Virus record (IMG/VR): IMGVR_UViG_3300048834_000230
Span: 1 to 59,982 of that record
Length of the DNA: 59,982 bases
Origin: a virus
Lineage: Duplodnaviria > Caudoviricetes
Strand: one strand, 5' to 3'
Within the stretch, counting starts at the first letter, position 1. The number at the start of each line of letters is the position of its first letter. The position numbers and the translations under genes are program-made. Below the pieces are notes generated by a model that searched no databases, was not told where the DNA came from, and saw only the letters and a program-made list of their open reading frames with translations. Shown here one piece after another: positions 57,500 through 59,982 of the stretch.

Positions 57500-57540
57500 T
57501 TCTACTGGCTGGCATTCCCTCACAATGCCAGCGTATAGAA
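57500..57540 (-). other. Intergenic hairpin
   Basis: GCTGGCATT/AATGCCAGC stem with outer TTCTA/TAGAA. Confidence 0.6.
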
Positions 57541-57549
57541 CCTAGTCGA

Positions 57550-58500
57550 TCAATCGTCCAGATTATCTAGGTCGATACTACGGAGAGGCGCGTCTATCAA
57601 TTGATTCTCTAATTGTTGCTTGATGCTAGAGAACTTTTCCCGCAAGTTCTGTTGCTTGAATGAATCACGTTTAATCGCTCCCATTGTCTGATTCCCTAGG
57701 GCTGATTCTGCTTGTGCAACTAGCTGATTCAATTCCTTGTCGCTAGTGATTCCCATTGTGCGGAAACGATTAAAGAACTCCCGCAAATTGTTTGCTGTTG
57801 CTTCCTTGAATACCTGTCTTTTCCCGTCTGTTGGAACAGTAAGAGAGTTTAAGAGACTATCGCAGAGATTAGCCAATTGCTCCTTAGCTTCAATTTCATA
57901 GTTAATCAAAGCATTCTCAAATTGCTTAGCAATCCTCTGCTGTTCTCTGCGATACGTAGCAGGAGCAAGTTTAAGAAGTTCTTCGCTTGGTTCAAAATTA
58001 TGTATCGACCAAGCAATAGAAACAGAACCCTTAAAGCTTTTCGGATAGTCCCTCTCATTAAACAATTGATCGCCAATATATCGGCGAGAACTATCCAAGA
58101 TAGCAGCGTAGTTATCGTCTGCTGCTGCTAGTGCGGTTTGTAGTTCTTTCTCCAGAAAATCGAATTGACGAACAAAGTTTTGTAGTTGGTCTTTTCTGAT
58201 TAGCCTGATACCCTTGCTATAAGCAATAGTCATATTTACCCAACATGAACGAGCATCATTCAAAATGGAATTGATTTGCTTAATGTTTCGCTGCGATGGA
58301 TCGAACAATCGTTTAGAGCTACTAATTGCGTGATGATCGGATGCAAAATGAGTAGCAATTTCATTTTTCTGATTGCCAGTCAGAACTTTTGTTTTGCCGA
58401 TAGCTTGTTTGCGTAGTTCAATTGCGATTACGCTTTCACGTAGTTCATTAGCAAAATCAATTCCGGTTGATACTTCATTGTTTAATGTAGCTGTAGTCAT
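57550..58500 (-). CDS. DUF3150-like helical protein
   Basis: SKRL.D, T......G.RL, LF...DYP, NL.EF..RF..M; adjacent to an AAA ATPase. Confidence 0.65.
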   Translation of the reverse strand: MTTATLNNEVSTGIDFANELRESVIAIELRKQAIGKTKVLTGNQKNEIATHFASDHHAISSSKRLFDPSQRNIKQINSILNDARSCWVNMTIAYSKGIRLIRKDQLQNFVRQFDFLEKELQTALAAADDNYAAILDSSRRYIGDQLFNERDYPKSFKGSVSIAWSIHNFEPSEELLKLAPATYRREQQRIAKQFENALINYEIEAKEQLANLCDSLLNSLTVPTDGKRQVFKEATANNLREFFNRFRTMGITSDKELNQLVAQAESALGNQTMGAIKRDSFKQQNLREKFSSIKQQLENQLIDAPLRSIDLDNLDD

Positions 58501-58554
58501 TGTTTGGTTTCCTTGTGCTAGATTGTTTGAAGATAATTTCAGAGATTAGAGGGG

Positions 58555-59855
58555 TTATAGTGAATTGAAATTGATTGAACGACCATTGCTAGAATCGTCT
58601 TGTGATTCCTTGTATGGTCCCCCGTGATTAGCGTCCAAGTATCTGCCGAGTGCATCGGCTCTACTTTGGCGGATTGCATCAGGTGCAGATTTGCACAGAG
58701 GTACGTGATATCGGCTAGCTTCCGTGATTGTGCAATTCAATTCGTAGCTACGCTGAACTATGTCCCTGATATCAGCACCAGTTAGATTTTCAGCATCGTA
58801 TTGATCGTATTCCCGATTGAATTGCTTGCAGCAGATATCCCAAATCTGTTGACGGCCTGATTTGTTTGGTACGTCAAAATACCACGTTCCGGCTGAAAAT
58901 CTTCTCCGTAGTTCTGGTGGTAAACTAGCTATCTGATTCATTGAAGCTATAAAGAAAACCCTTTCACCACCAATAGCGTGAAGAACTTGCATAGCTTGCC
59001 TAATCTGCTTTTCAGACTCACCAACTAAGCTACCCTTGCATGCGTTCAAATCAAATCGGATAGCTTTTGCCCCGAAATGGTTTGCAGCAGCTTTAGCAAC
59101 TAAAGACTTACCACAACCAGAAACCCCGTAAGCTAATAACCCTGTCCACCTATTGTCTTCCATAGCTGTTAAGAGCGTTCCTAAAGCATCCCCAGACGTG
59201 CCACTAGATTCTGTTGAGACTCCAGCTAAAGCTTTTTCAATTTCTTCAATACGCACGACTACAGCGGGTTTACGGGGACCATTGAAATAGCGTTCAAGGT
59301 ATTCCCTAATTGCTTGCAAACCACCAATCGAGTCAAAATCCTCTGTTGAGGTTTCAACAGATAACCCCGGTGTGTCATTGATTTGCTTTCTAGCATTGTC
59401 TCGCAGGCGAACGATATCAATTCCCGATTTGGTAAGTGATTGTGCTGTTAGCTGTTCCGCACGAAAAGAACTTGAACCCCTCAACTCGATAGCAAATTGT
59501 TGGGATTCTGATTCAGTTAGTTCTTTTCCATACGTCGATTTGTATAATTCAGAAACCTTATTAGATAACTGCTGTTCTGTGGGCAGAGGTTCATCCACAA
59601 AACTAACTGACTGAAGTAAATCACCGGGAATAGCTGATTCCAGAACTAATCCTATCAAGCTACGCTTTGTAGCCTTAAATACTTCTCGTAAATTGAGAAC
59701 GCCCTGCATTGTTTTCGGATCATTCCAGAACCAGTGAAGATTGTGAACGATGAGAATTGCACCTGATTGAAATTTCTTGCATACCTCTAGAGCTACTGCT
59801 ATTCCATACTGCTTAACTGCTTTAATTTCAGCCGGATCAATGTTTTGCAATTGTG
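58555..59855 (-). CDS. Ycf46-like AAA+ ATPase (C-terminal part; start at 178 across the origin)
   Basis: F..IGGL, GLLAYGVSGCGKSL.AKA, GSLVGESE, N.I..LPPEL.RRF, TGADI. Confidence 0.9.
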
Positions 59856-59982
59856 ATTCCCCTAAAGAATTCAGGGGATAGAAACCATCGGCTATGTTCC
59901 AGCCGATGAGAGGTTTATCACAGATAGTTTCACAGATAAGAGTGATTGTGTGAGGCTGATCGTAGCTATTTAAGGCAATGAT
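59856..59982. repeat. Exact 127-bp terminal direct repeat (right copy)
   Basis: Identical to 1-127. Confidence 0.95.

Noticed and set aside
1-59982. Stop-codon reassignment, tRNAs, DGR or retron
   Set aside because: Genes are intact under code 11 with all three stops used; no cloverleaf or reverse transcriptase motif seen

Overview
The window is an apparently complete, circularly assembled tailed-phage (Caudoviricetes) genome of about 59,855 bp. Bases 1-127 are repeated exactly at 59856-59982, and an AAA+ ATPase gene reads through that junction. Several host-like genes point to a Planctomycetota (Pirellulales/Lacipirellulaceae-like) host: a PEP-CTERM SGNH protein with planctomycete-style D-x-N-x-DG repeats, a LuxR protein ending in DGWN, and a signal-peptide methyltransferase. 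This host call is inference. Layout: (1) a minus-strand early-like block of small ORFs plus HerA-like and Ycf46-like ATPases (49739-59855 and 1-1084); (2) a 750-bp non-coding region; (3) accessory genes (frameshifted HAD hydrolase, RusA, PEP-CTERM, LuxR); (4) packaging and morphogenesis genes (TerS, intein-containing TerL, Mu/lambda-like head, tail, a -1 frameshifted chaperone, a displaced DUF935-like portal); (5) a holin-like gene overlapping a PAS-domain membrane protein; (6) a replication block (UDG, PD-(D/E)XK nuclease, Sak4-like ATPase, acidic SSB, SLOG, Nmad1-like, PolA, primase-helicase); (7) an envelope-associated block with an intein-split papain-like protease, GroES and an exported methyltransferase, followed by tail spike/fibre genes. 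I recognised no integrase, classical endolysin, tRNA, rRNA or CRISPR array. The most interesting candidate system is a non-canonical lysis/envelope-remodelling apparatus: holin + PAS sensor + a papain-like protease whose catalytic Cys is gated by an intein, alongside a phage-encoded PEP-CTERM surface enzyme. All family assignments come from motif recognition by eye, not from database searches.
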